From Nitrospinales bacterium (lineage in GTDB: Bacteria > Nitrospinota > Nitrospinia > Nitrospinales > VA-1): a stretch of 64,000 nt of DNA. The notes beneath the pieces are model-generated. The model was not told the DNA's origin, ran no database searches, and saw only the letters and a program-made list of their open reading frames with translations. The translations under genes were made by a program, and so were the position numbers. The stretch covers positions 2,560,001 through 2,624,000 of the forward strand of contig CBDCWG010000012.1 of assembly GCA_965223345.1 (NCBI GenBank). The letters run 5' to 3'. The stretch's first letter is position 1; each line of letters opens with the position of its first letter. Shown here piece after piece: positions 39,828 to 48,855 of the stretch.

Positions 39828-40241
39828 ATGCCCTGCAAGGACAGCACGTCCAGAGTGAGGGTCACCCTCGATGCGGACGAGCGGCTGCTGGATTTCGATT
39901 TTTCCAAGATCACCTGCAGCCAGACCATCGGCGGCGAGACCGGATACAAGCAATGGTGCACCGGAAAAACCATCGAGGCCATCGCTGCGCTCGAGTTCAG
40001 CGACCTGGTGCGGGATCTGGGTCTCACGCAGACGGAGGAGCAGTTCTTTCTTTACCTGGAATGGGACGCGTTGCGCTCGGCGATCGCCCAGTATCAGGGC
40101 AGGCAGGAAGACATCGACTCCGATCGCTATCAGGTGGCGTCGATATCCTGGGAGGACGGCCGGATCGAGATCAGCCAGGTGATCCGCCCGCCCACGGAAA
40201 TGCCGAAGATCATTCCCTGCAGCAAGCGGGCTTTGCCGTGA
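39828..40241 (+). CDS. Hypothetical protein, divergent IscU/SufU-like
   Basis: CKD...TC...GKTIEA...ALRSAIAQY mirrors the IscU pattern CGD...GC...GKT..EA...AL..AI..Y. Confidence 0.55.
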   Translation: MPCKDSTSRVRVTLDADERLLDFDFSKITCSQTIGGETGYKQWCTGKTIEAIAALEFSDLVRDLGLTQTEEQFFLYLEWDALRSAIAQYQGRQEDIDSDRYQVASISWEDGRIEISQVIRPPTEMPKIIPCSKRALP

Positions 40242-40350
40242 TCCTGCAAAACAGGCAATGATCCGCGAAAATCCCTGAGCATCGCCGTTCCGGCAGCCTA
40301 AGCCGCGGGAGGACACAGAAGGGTTTTCTAAAAACGGGTTTACCTGCCAT

Positions 40351-40376
40351 TCATCCTTCGACAGGCTCAGGATGAC
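40351..40376. repeat. REP-like palindrome
   Basis: TCATCCTTCGACAGGCTCAGGATGAC hairpin; related copy at 57773-57804. Confidence 0.7.
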
Positions 40377-40467
40377 AGAGAGGGCCCCTCCCATCGGGAG
40401 GGTTGTGAAATTTCTTTTCCCGCCTGGTTTTCTTTGCGCTCTTTGCGCGAGACGTTTTGGTTTTTAG

Positions 40468-40890
40468 TCAATCCGGATAGAGGCGGACGGGGCGCACGTA
40501 GCCCTGCGAGAAATCCTGGTCGAATCCCTGCGACAGGCCGCTGGAATAATTGAAGTAGAACGCGGCCTGCTGGTCGAAGGGCAGGCACCAGGAACCGTTG
40601 CCGCCGCCCGGCGCGAAAACGGGGTCGATGTGCAGCTCCTGGGCGGAGCGGCCCATGACGGTGCAATCGGGCAGGAACAGCTTTTCGATCTCCTCTTTTT
40701 CCGGGATGCGCCAGTCGTGCTGGCCCAGGTAGTCCTTTTTATTCAAATCGTCCACGAAGGCCAGGGCCTCCTGAAAGGTCAGCCAGTCCTGCGCGATGGC
40801 CCAGGAATCCTCCTTCGCCCACACCAGACCGGTCTCGTTGTCGGTGACCATGCCGTTTCCGTTGTCCACAAAGCGTGTTTCCTGTATCAT
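40468..40890 (-). CDS. DUF1566 (Lcl C-terminal) domain protein
   Basis: RFVDNGNG.VTD..TGLVW, DWRIP...E, YVRPVR. Confidence 0.88.
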   Translation of the reverse strand: MIQETRFVDNGNGMVTDNETGLVWAKEDSWAIAQDWLTFQEALAFVDDLNKKDYLGQHDWRIPEKEEIEKLFLPDCTVMGRSAQELHIDPVFAPGGGNGSWCLPFDQQAAFYFNYSSGLSQGFDQDFSQGYVRPVRLYPD

Positions 40891-41040
40891 TACAAAACCT
40901 TAAAGCCGATCGAGTTCGGTTGCCGTCGATTGCGGACGCCGGAGGCCGTGCCTCCCGCGCCTGCAAATTCTTAAAATCGAAGGCCATAATTTAACGCAAG
41001 CCCTTGTACTTGTGAAGCGCAAATTTACAGGAAACGCCCC

Positions 41041-41670
41041 ATGCCCGTCATCCGATTGCTGAACCTGAGAACCTCCATCCCGATCCTGCTTGCGGCCGTT
41101 TGCTTCGCCGCAGCCTGGAATCCCCCGGCCGCGGCGCAGACCGTCCTGCCGCCATCGTCCGTGCTGTCTCAGGTTGTGGTGGCCGATACCCTGGAAGAGC
41201 GCTGCGGGGAGAAGGTGCTGCCCGCGGAATACTATACCCGCACCTCGCAGTACGCCCTTTACGGCGCGCTGGCGTTTCTGCTGCTTTACATTCTGGCGGA
41301 TAACAAAACACTCAAGATCGGCATGGGCATCGTCGCCATCGTTCCTGTGGCCCTGTGGGTGTACGTGAATTATTTTGTGGATTACGACAAGGTCAAGCGC
41401 ATGACCTTCACCTACAACACGGCGGCGGAGGCGACGCTGGCCAACATCGCCGAGGCGCAGGACCGCTACAAGTCCGAGCACGACACGTTCCTGAACGATC
41501 TGGACAAGCTGTATTCCCACACCGCCGGGGCTGGGGGCATGAACGCGTGCGTGAAAATCGTGTCCATCGAGGCGGAGTGGAACCGCTGGTCCGCTTCGGC
41601 GCAGCACGTCTCCAGCCCGGAAACGGTGACCTGGGACAGCCGCACCGGCAGCTCGCTGAAAAAAGGGTGA
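41041..41670 (+). CDS. Hypothetical membrane protein with pilin-like C-terminal part
   Basis: Signal peptide, 2 TM, A.ATLANIAEAQDRY......F resembling type IV pilin alpha1. Confidence 0.65.
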   Translation: MPVIRLLNLRTSIPILLAAVCFAAAWNPPAAAQTVLPPSSVLSQVVVADTLEERCGEKVLPAEYYTRTSQYALYGALAFLLLYILADNKTLKIGMGIVAIVPVALWVYVNYFVDYDKVKRMTFTYNTAAEATLANIAEAQDRYKSEHDTFLNDLDKLYSHTAGAGGMNACVKIVSIEAEWNRWSASAQHVSSPETVTWDSRTGSSLKKG

Positions 41671-41683
41671 AGCCTGAACAACC

Positions 41684-42160
41684 ATGCCAAAAATAACTCC
41701 GTGTTTGTGGTTCGATGACAATGCTGAAGAGGCCGTTGAATTTTATTTGTCGGTCTTCAAAGATGCCGCGATCAAGTAGGTGACGCGCTATGGAGCGGGC
41801 CAGCCGGGGCCGGAAGGCCGGGTCATGACGATTTTGTTCACGCTGCAGGGGCAGGAATTCCTCGCCCTGAACGGCGGGCCGCACTTCACATTCAACGAAG
41901 CACTATCCTTGATCGTGAACTGTGAAGACCAGGACGAGGTGGACGCGATGTGGAACAGGCTGTCTGCCGACGGCAGGGGAGAGTGCGGCTGGGTGAAGGA
42001 CAAATACGGCGTGTCCTGGCAGATCGTGCCGACTGTGGTGATGGAAATGCTGAAAGACCCCGATACTGCAAAAACCGGACGGATGATGCAGGCGCTGCTG
42101 AAAATGGAGAAGCTGGATATCGCTGCGTTGCAACGGGCGTTTGCAGGAGGAACGGCGTGA
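41684..42160 (+). pseudogene. PhnB/3-demethylubiquinone-9 3-methyltransferase-like VOC protein with internal TAG
   Basis: [35 protein letters not shown]...LNGGP...CGWVKDKYGVSWQIVP; in-frame TAG at 41777-41779. Confidence 0.85.
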
Positions 42161-42334
42161 TCGCATCTTTTTGGGGATCTTCATTCCAATCATTTACATT
42201 CCAACTATTGTCATAGAAGTTTTTATCGCAAAACAACACCCACAACCTGCCTTCGGATTTTGGTTTTCCCGCGGCGCAAACGCTGTTAAAATGCGCGCCG
42301 TGCAGCAATGAATGTTCCCCCGCAATGATGGTTC

Positions 42335-42736
42335 GTGGATAATCCTTTCCCCAACACCAGAATCCTCGTCGTGGACGACGAGAAGAAAGCGCAGTCCAAC
42401 CTCAAGCGCATGCTGGAGCTGAAGCGGTTCAAGGTTCTGGTGGCGCACGACGGCAAGGACGCGCTGGCGAAGGTGGACGTGTTCGATCCGGAATGCGTGC
42501 TGCTGGACATCCGCATGCCCTACATGAACGGCATCGATGTTCTGAAGCTGATCAAGGAGAAGCACCCGCGCACCGAGGTGATCATGGTGACGGCGGTGAC
42601 CAGCCTCAAGATCGCAGAAGGGTGCCTCGAGGACGGGGCGTTCGCCGTGATCGAAAAGCCGCTCAACTTCCCCTACCTGATGGAAAAGATCGTCGCCGCG
42701 CTGGAAAAACGCAGCAACGACTCGAGCGCGTCCTGA
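42335..42736 (+). CDS. Single-domain response regulator
   Basis: ILVVDDE, LLDIRMP..NG, VTA, KP. Confidence 0.92.
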   Translation: MDNPFPNTRILVVDDEKKAQSNLKRMLELKRFKVLVAHDGKDALAKVDVFDPECVLLDIRMPYMNGIDVLKLIKEKHPRTEVIMVTAVTSLKIAEGCLEDGAFAVIEKPLNFPYLMEKIVAALEKRSNDSSAS

Positions 42737-42800
42737 TTCTGCTTACCTGACCTCTTAAAAACCCACTCCAAATTCAGCGTCAACATCCGGCGGATTCGTA

Positions 42801-43721
42801 TCACCGTTTCGCCGGGTTGATGCGATGCACGATCAGCCAGTAAGCCAGCGCCAGACAGAGCACCAGCACTCCATACAGCAGCACGTCCATCGTCTTGGCG
42901 GGAGAGAGCGAGAAAATGAGGATCTTGCGGATGAGAGCCGCAATGGCGAGCGTGACGAAGGCTTCCAGCGCAAAACTGCCTCCACGCAGGTGATTCATCT
43001 CTTCGTGGATCAACTCGATGGCCGCCCACAGGATCAGCAGGCTCCCGAGGATGGTCAGAATGCCTTTTTCCACGCTGGTCTGTCCGGAAAACAGCAGGTA
43101 GACATCGTAGCCGAACAGCCCGATGGAAAAAAACGCCACCATCACCAGCGCGATGGCCAGCATGTAGTTGAAGTAGGAGCTGGTTTTTTTCAGGAAGCCA
43201 AGCAGGGTCTTTTCGATGTTGGAGAGGGACAAAAAGCGGCTCATCTCCTCCTCGCGGTAGGAGCTGGTCAACACGTCCAGATTGATGTCGAGGATTTTCT
43301 CGACCGCCGTGAGCCTGTGGGTCAGATTCGCTTCTTTGTGGAATCGCTGGTTGACGCGATCCAGCGTGAATCCGCGCACATAATTGAACGCCGCGTTGAC
43401 GTAGTGGGTGGGAAGACCGAGCTTGACGTGGATTTCCCCGATTTTATAGAGCTTCAGGAAGTAGGAGATGTCGTACGCGCCGCCGAACAGATCCGTGTAC
43501 CATTGGCCGATCTTTTCGCGGTGCCGGTTCAGCACCGCTTCGTCGGTTAAAAAGTCCGCCGTATTTCCGAACCGGAAGATGAATTCGTAAAACCCCTCGA
43601 GGAATTCATCTTTGAGCGGTTCCAGTTCCGGTTTCATTGCAAGGAGCAACGCTTCATCCTCTTTGGTGAAACGGTAGTTGGCCTTTAAAGTGGGAAAATC
43701 TTTTTTAACCGCGATATCCAT
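42801..43721 (-). CDS. Protoglobin domain fused to PsiE-family membrane domain
   Basis: FY..I..F, IGEIHVKLGLP..Y, KILDIN (sensor globin); C-terminal 4 TM with EL...ALIRKILI (PsiE). Confidence 0.85.
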   Translation of the reverse strand: MDIAVKKDFPTLKANYRFTKEDEALLLAMKPELEPLKDEFLEGFYEFIFRFGNTADFLTDEAVLNRHREKIGQWYTDLFGGAYDISYFLKLYKIGEIHVKLGLPTHYVNAAFNYVRGFTLDRVNQRFHKEANLTHRLTAVEKILDINLDVLTSSYREEEMSRFLSLSNIEKTLLGFLKKTSSYFNYMLAIALVMVAFFSIGLFGYDVYLLFSGQTSVEKGILTILGSLLILWAAIELIHEEMNHLRGGSFALEAFVTLAIAALIRKILIFSLSPAKTMDVLLYGVLVLCLALAYWLIVHRINPAKR

Positions 43722-43910
43722 AAGGGGAATGTTCTTTCATGTTTGAATAGCAGAAAACCCACTCGCAACCGGTTGAATCTTTGGGTGCCGGGGGACCGTA
43801 TGATTGCATAGATTTTGGCGATGCGGAAAAAAATCTGGTCCTGGAATTCTGGTAAGGGCCGAATTGGCCTGCTCAGGCGATACAGGAACTTCGCGCGTTG
43901 CCGGGGGGAT

Positions 43911-44303
43911 TCAGCCGTTCAGCCGGTTCTGCGTGCGCCGCAGGATTTCAAGCAGCGTGTCCTTGGGCGTGGCGGAGTGTTCTTCCGAGGGCGTGTGGAT
44001 GGAAAACCGGGTCGATGCGGCGGCCAGCGGTTCCAGAATCAGGATCATCTTCTGGTTGGGGGCGGTCGCGAGGATTTTCCTTCCGGAGCGGATGCTGTCT
44101 TCCTGCTCGACCTGCACTTTCAGGGTCTGCAACGCCTGCCGGGCGGCGGCGTGCACCTGGTTGACCGAATGGTGCAGGGTCGCATCCACCATCGGGTCGC
44201 GGTTGTTCTCGGCTTCCAGGTTTCCCGCACCGATGGCGAGCGCCACACAGCCGGTCACCAGCGGCAGAAACAGAAAGCTGAGGCCTTTTTGAATGTCGTT
44301 CAT
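43911..44303 (-). CDS. Hypothetical exported protein/lipoprotein (DUF3568-like)
   Basis: LVTGC lipobox-like motif; VHAAARQAL..L alpha/beta pattern. Confidence 0.55.
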   Translation of the reverse strand: MNDIQKGLSFLFLPLVTGCVALAIGAGNLEAENNRDPMVDATLHHSVNQVHAAARQALQTLKVQVEQEDSIRSGRKILATAPNQKMILILEPLAAASTRFSIHTPSEEHSATPKDTLLEILRRTQNRLNG

Positions 44304-44356
44304 GAACGTGCGTTCCTGCAAAGCGGGGTTTCCTTCTAACTCATTGTTTTTTTAAA

Positions 44357-44372
44357 TGCAAACGATATGCCA
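44357..44372 (-). promoter_or_regulatory. Sigma54 promoter
   Basis: TGGCATATCGTTTGCA, near-consensus TGGCAC-N5-TTGCA, upstream of the 44303 start. Confidence 0.7.
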
Positions 44373-44538
44373 TGTGGGAACCTTTGATTTTCCGGGATTT
44401 CCGGGTTTGGGGGCCGGGTGGAGCGGCGGGGGATGATTGATTTTCCATCCGTTATTTATAAAAAATCAGACGGCCTGCGGCCGATCGGACTGAGGGTGCG
44501 CCGCGCAAACACCCTGCAAACAGTGGCGGTGTGCCGGG

Positions 44539-44931
44539 TCATTCCTGGTCCCAAAGGTGGACGATGCCGTTGAGGGACACCAGCCCGATGGCCTGGTTGT
44601 TCGAGAGCACCATGGCGTAGGACACGTTGAAGTTGGTCATGTGCCGCGCCGCGTAGGGCAGGGGCATGTCCGGCGGAACCGACAGCACCGGCTTGGACAT
44701 GATCTCGTAGACATGCGCCTCGTGCAGCTTCCTGCGCTGGGCGATGACTTTACGTGCGATGTCTTTCAGGGTCAGGATCCCGTACACATCGGATTCGTTG
44801 CGCGGCTCGATCAGAACCGCGTTGATTTTTTCCCGCTTCATCATGTCCCGGGCTTCGGAGACACGGGTGACGCCTTCGATTTTTTTGAATTCCGGCATCA
44901 TGATGTCGCGGACCGTTTTGTAGGGCGACAT
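44539..44931 (-). CDS. CBS-domain pair protein
   Basis: VRDIM, YGILTLKDI, VYEIMSKPV. Confidence 0.9.
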   Translation of the reverse strand: MSPYKTVRDIMMPEFKKIEGVTRVSEARDMMKREKINAVLIEPRNESDVYGILTLKDIARKVIAQRRKLHEAHVYEIMSKPVLSVPPDMPLPYAARHMTNFNVSYAMVLSNNQAIGLVSLNGIVHLWDQE

Positions 44932-44953
44932 GGGCGTTCCTTCTGTTTGAGGA

Positions 44954-45301
44954 CTAAAAATAACGCTGCTTGGCGTCTTTTTCCAACGTGGGGAGCTGGC
45001 TTTCCAGACCGAGGGCGCGATCCACCTGAAAGGAAAAGGCGATGCCGTTGCCGTGCTCGTTCAGTTTGCCCGCCTGGTAGATCGCATCCATGATGTCGTC
45101 GGCGATGATGTCTTCGACGAGAAACAGAAGCATGTCCTTCTGGCTTTCCATGGTCAGCCCGAAAAACGATTTCTGCTCGTGGATGCCTTCGCCGCGGGCG
45201 TTCAGGATGGTGACGCCGGTGGCGCCGGCTTTCTTGGCCGCTTCGATCACCGCGTCCTGGTAATCGTCGTTGACCAGAGCCAGAATCACTTTGAAGCGCA
45301 T
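44954..45301 (-). CDS. P-II family signalling protein
   Basis: AAKKAGATGVTILNARGEG...G.GIAF..V; GGAG-like RBS. Confidence 0.9.
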   Translation of the reverse strand: MRFKVILALVNDDYQDAVIEAAKKAGATGVTILNARGEGIHEQKSFFGLTMESQKDMLLFLVEDIIADDIMDAIYQAGKLNEHGNGIAFSFQVDRALGLESQLPTLEKDAKQRYF

Positions 45302-45317
45302 GTCGGTGTCCTCTAGC

Positions 45318-46121
45318 TTAGGGGTTGTTTTTATGGGCCGTGCGCCGCACACGCCATTCGCTGATCATAGCATAGGCCAACACGGCCATCATAGGGAAAA
45401 GGGAGGCGAAGGCGATGAGCCCGAATCCGTCGAGCAGTGGGGAACGGCCGGGGACGTTGGTCGCGAGACCGATACCCAGTGCCGCCAGAACCGGCACGGT
45501 CACCGTCGAGGTGGTCACGCCGCCGGAATCGTACGCCAAAGCCACGATGGCTTTGGGCGCGAAATACGTCTGGATCAACAGGATGATGTAGCCGCCGATG
45601 ATGTAGGTGTAGAGCGGTGTGCCGCTGACGATGCGGTAGATGCCCAGCGACACGCCGATGGCCACGCCCAGCGCCACAGCGATGCGCAGTCCCCAGGCGG
45701 ACACGGCGCCGGTGGAGATCTGGCTGGCTTTCAGAGCCACGGCGATCAGGGCCGGTTCGGCGAGCGTCGTGGAAAAGCCGATCAGAAAACCGAATGTGTA
45801 GGTCCAGGCGTACAGCTCGGGCGGCACCCGGCCCGTCTCGAAGACGGACTCGACGGTCTTGGTGTCGTTCTTCGTGAGAAACCTGAGGTCGGTCAACTGG
45901 TCGGCCATCTTAAAACTCATGGGGAAGATGCCCTGTTCCAGACCGACGATGAACACCGCCAGCCCGACGACGACGAGGATCAAACCAACCAGGATGCGTT
46001 TGAGGTTCGGCACCTTGCGCCGGATGATCACCACCTGAAAGAAAAACAGCACGAGCAGGATCGGCGCGATGTCGATCAGCGTGCTTTTCAGGGAAGCGAG
46101 GATCGGGTCGAGAAAGGGCAT
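45318..46121 (-). CDS. DUF1538 membrane protein
   Basis: GL..GIFP, GFSTTLAEPAL, AYDSGGVTTSTVTVP, DGFGLIAFASL. Confidence 0.9.
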   Translation of the reverse strand: MPFLDPILASLKSTLIDIAPILLVLFFFQVVIIRRKVPNLKRILVGLILVVVGLAVFIVGLEQGIFPMSFKMADQLTDLRFLTKNDTKTVESVFETGRVPPELYAWTYTFGFLIGFSTTLAEPALIAVALKASQISTGAVSAWGLRIAVALGVAIGVSLGIYRIVSGTPLYTYIIGGYIILLIQTYFAPKAIVALAYDSGGVTTSTVTVPVLAALGIGLATNVPGRSPLLDGFGLIAFASLFPMMAVLAYAMISEWRVRRTAHKNNP

Positions 46122-46864
46122 CAGGCGACTCCGTAAACGACCATGCCGTACACCAGCACGAACAGGATGGGCGTCAGGCTGGCGAAAGCGATGAGCCCGA
46201 ACCCGTCGGTCATGGGGTTGCGGCCGCGGATGGACGCGGCGAGGCTCACGCCCAGCGCCGTCACCAGCGGAACGGTGATGGTGGAGGTGGTGATGCCGCC
46301 GGAGTCGTAGGCGATGCCGATGATGGCCTGCGGTGCGTACAGCGTGGCGACGACGATCAGCCCGTAGCCTGCGATGATGAACCAGATCAGCGGCCAGCCG
46401 CGGATGATGCGCAGCACGCCCAGGGCGATGGCGATGCCCACGGAAACGGCGATGGTCAGCCGCAGTCCCAGCACGAAGCGGTCGAGCGATTCCGCATGCG
46501 ACGCGATGGCGCCCGAGCCTGCGGCCAGCTCTCCCGCCTTGGTGGCGATGACAGTGAGCGCCGGTTCGGCGATGGTGGTGGAGAAGCCGAGCGTGAACGC
46601 GAACAGCAGCAGCCACCAGGGATTTCCTTTGCGGGTGAACTGCGAGGCCAGGGATTCCCCCATCGGGAACAGCGCGGTTTCCAGACCCATGATGAACAGG
46701 AACAATCCGAAAACCACCAGCAGCATGGCGGTGATGGTTTTTTCCAGTTCGGGCAGCGGTTTCTGAATCACGAAAAGCTGGAAGAACACCATCACGATGA
46801 TGACGGGGGCGATGTCGAATACCGAAGAGAGCAGTTTCCGGACCAGGGGTTTCAAAAAATCCAC
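46121..46864 (-). CDS. DUF1538 membrane protein
   Basis: GLETALFPMG, GFSTTIAEPAL, AYDSGGITTSTITVP, DGFGLIAFASL; stop overlaps the next start. Confidence 0.9.
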   Translation of the reverse strand: MDFLKPLVRKLLSSVFDIAPVIIVMVFFQLFVIQKPLPELEKTITAMLLVVFGLFLFIMGLETALFPMGESLASQFTRKGNPWWLLLFAFTLGFSTTIAEPALTVIATKAGELAAGSGAIASHAESLDRFVLGLRLTIAVSVGIAIALGVLRIIRGWPLIWFIIAGYGLIVVATLYAPQAIIGIAYDSGGITTSTITVPLVTALGVSLAASIRGRNPMTDGFGLIAFASLTPILFVLVYGMVVYGVA

Positions 46865-46959
46865 GAAGGCAACCTCTAGGCTGCGAAGGTTAAAGGGAGT
46901 TCAGTCACCCTGACAAAACGGTGGGAATGGTTTCTGTCCAAACAAGGTGGGGAGAAGGA

Positions 46960-47247
46960 TTATTTGTTGCCGGCGGTCTCGTTGTGAGGATCCGGGGTTT
47001 CATCCTGCGAAGCGCTGGAACGCTGGGCCACGGCTTTCGGATCCTCGACGTCGGTCACTTCGGCCTGGTTGGCGATTTCATCGACGGACACGGCGTCGGA
47101 CTCTTTGTCGGACTCTTTCACGGATTGCTTGAAATTCTTGATGGTCTTCCCGAAAGCGCTGCCGATCTGCGGGATTTTGCCGGCTCCAAAGATGATCATG
47201 ATGATGACCAGCACGATCAACAGTTCCGGAAGGCCGATACCGCCCAT
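46960..47247 (-). CDS. tatA: Twin-arginine translocase TatA/E
   Basis: MGGIGLPELLIVLVIIMIIFGAGKIPQIG..FGK.IKNFK. Confidence 0.93.
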   Translation of the reverse strand: MGGIGLPELLIVLVIIMIIFGAGKIPQIGSAFGKTIKNFKQSVKESDKESDAVSVDEIANQAEVTDVEDPKAVAQRSSASQDETPDPHNETAGNK

Positions 47248-47374
47248 CTCAATATCTCCAGTTAAAATTTTTCAAACACTTACCGGTGAAAGTATACCTA
47301 AGGAGAAATGAAAAACCAAGCTATAATGCGGTGAGGCTTCAGGCAGGCCGCCATCAACCGCGAAGCGAGGGCGT

Positions 47375-47887
47375 ATGGGGTCGGATGAATTGGACAGGGA
47401 CAAGGTGCTGGATCTGTTTTATCAGAACAAAGGCAACCTGGACGACTTGAACCGGTTGATCGACTCCCGCCTGAGAGCGCACCGCACGCGCAAGATCACC
47501 CTGTTCGAAAAATTCGTCAAGGCGCGCGTTCAGCTCAACCGCAAAGTCTTCAAGATGGCGGACATGGAAGTCTCGCCGCAGGAAGTGGCGTTTTTGTGCA
47601 AGCATCCCGACCTCAAAGACGTCGAGGTGCTGGATCTCAGGAAAAACGGCTTCGGCGACATCGGGGTGGAGTCCATCGTGCGCTCGCCGATCCTGTCGCG
47701 GCTGCGCGAGCTGGACCTGCGCAGCAACCTGATCACGCGCCTGGGAATGCAAACGCTGGCCGAATGCACCACGCTGCAAAGTCTCGAAAAGCTGGATCTC
47801 AGGATGAACAAACTGGGAAAGCGCTGGGAGGAAAAACTGCTGCAGACGGGCAACTACCCGAACTTGAAGGACATCAAAACGGCGTAG
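47375..47887 (+). CDS. Short leucine-rich repeat protein
   Basis: LDLRKN.FGD.G, LRELDLRSN, LEKLDLRMN. Confidence 0.8.
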   Translation: MGSDELDRDKVLDLFYQNKGNLDDLNRLIDSRLRAHRTRKITLFEKFVKARVQLNRKVFKMADMEVSPQEVAFLCKHPDLKDVEVLDLRKNGFGDIGVESIVRSPILSRLRELDLRSNLITRLGMQTLAECTTLQSLEKLDLRMNKLGKRWEEKLLQTGNYPNLKDIKTA

Positions 47888-47936
47888 GAACGGACGCTCG
47901 AATCAAAAACGGGGGGATGCGGAGGCAGCCGACCGA

Positions 47937-48242
47937 TCAGAGGATCAGCCGGTTTTTGTTTTCCCGGATTTTCTGCACCATCTTGTCGGCGATTTCCTGG
48001 GCCTTCACCTGGTAGGAACCTTCCTCCAGAATCGTGCGGAATTTCTGCACCAATTCCCGGCGCACTTCCGAGTTGGAACTCGTCTTGCCCGAGGTGGCGG
48101 GCGGGGCTTTGGAAGACAGCGTCACCCGGTCCACTTCTTTGGACACGGATGCACTCGCCTGCACACCCCGCTTGATCTTCGGCGCGGGTTTGTTGATGGG
48201 GTTTTTTCTGTCCACTCGGGTGGTCGGGTCTAATTCCGTCAT
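47937..48242 (-). CDS. flgM: Anti-sigma28 factor FlgM
   Basis: DRVTLSSKA...VR.ELV..F...LEEGSYQV....IADKM; sigma28 promoter upstream. Confidence 0.85.
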   Translation of the reverse strand: MTELDPTTRVDRKNPINKPAPKIKRGVQASASVSKEVDRVTLSSKAPPATSGKTSSNSEVRRELVQKFRTILEEGSYQVKAQEIADKMVQKIRENKNRLIL

Positions 48243-48545
48243 CAGCTTGTAATTCTTCCGGGAAAAGAAGGTGTGTGACGCCTTCCGGGTTTCAGGCTGC
48301 CGTTCCAGAACGGGGTTTTATCCAGACCGGTCGCAAAACGGCCTGATCCGCCGGGGAGGAAGCCTAGATCAGCGTGTCTGTTCGAGGAAGAAAACGGAGG
48401 GGTGAACGCGGGTACGATTCGAATGGTCCGGCGCATCTTCCATTTCTTCCGTGAAACTGGAGTCGCGGGTCCTGCTCACAACCGGGGCCTGTGTGCGCCC
48501 GGCCGCTTTGCTGCGGTCGATCTTCCGGATCAACCTATGTTTAAA

Positions 48546-48572
48546 TTTTCGGCGCGACAGCGGATTTCTTGA
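48546..48572 (-). promoter_or_regulatory. Sigma28 (FliA) promoter
   Basis: TCAA-N15-GCCGAAAA versus consensus TAAA-N15-GCCGATAA, upstream of flgM. Confidence 0.7.
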
Positions 48573-48731
48573 GTCTTTTGCTGAAGATTTATCAAGAAAC
48601 TCAAAAAGTTGCGGGAAACCAGCCCGACGGCAGCCAGGGGTCGGAATCTGGCCGCCGGATCGGCCGCTGAGGACCGCCGGCCGGCTAACCGGAGGAAATT
48701 CAAATATAATTTTTGTTAATTAATTTAAATA

Positions 48732-48760
48732 TTGCATATCCGAACCACTTGTAGTACACT
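48732..48760 (+). promoter_or_regulatory. Sigma70 promoter with no convincing downstream CDS
   Basis: TTGCAT-N17-TACACT with AT-rich upstream element. Confidence 0.55.
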
Positions 48761-48766
48761 GTATTC

Positions 48767-48855
48767 AAGTGAGTTACCTCCCGTTAGCGGACCCGCTTGT
48801 GAGGTTGGACTCCCCCGCCTGACAGCGGGTCCCATTACGGACCCCTTCCTCAAGT
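48767..48855 (+). ncRNA. Candidate small RNA
   Basis: Follows the promoter; GGACCCGCT/AGCGGGTCC stem (48789-48832) with a C-rich loop. Confidence 0.4.

Noticed and set aside
37463..40027. 854-aa ORF suggesting a large dehydrogenase fusion
   Set aside because: The N-terminal ~430 aa are the antisense shadow of nadC and the next gene; dehydrogenase motifs begin only after about 38740.
41777..41779. Pyrrolysine or programmed readthrough at the TAG
   Set aside because: No pyl genes in the window and the position is not catalytic; a simple mutation or error is more parsimonious.
45318..46616. 432-aa version of the DUF1538 gene
   Set aside because: The upstream extension overlaps the other DUF1538 gene in another frame; the true start is most likely 46121.
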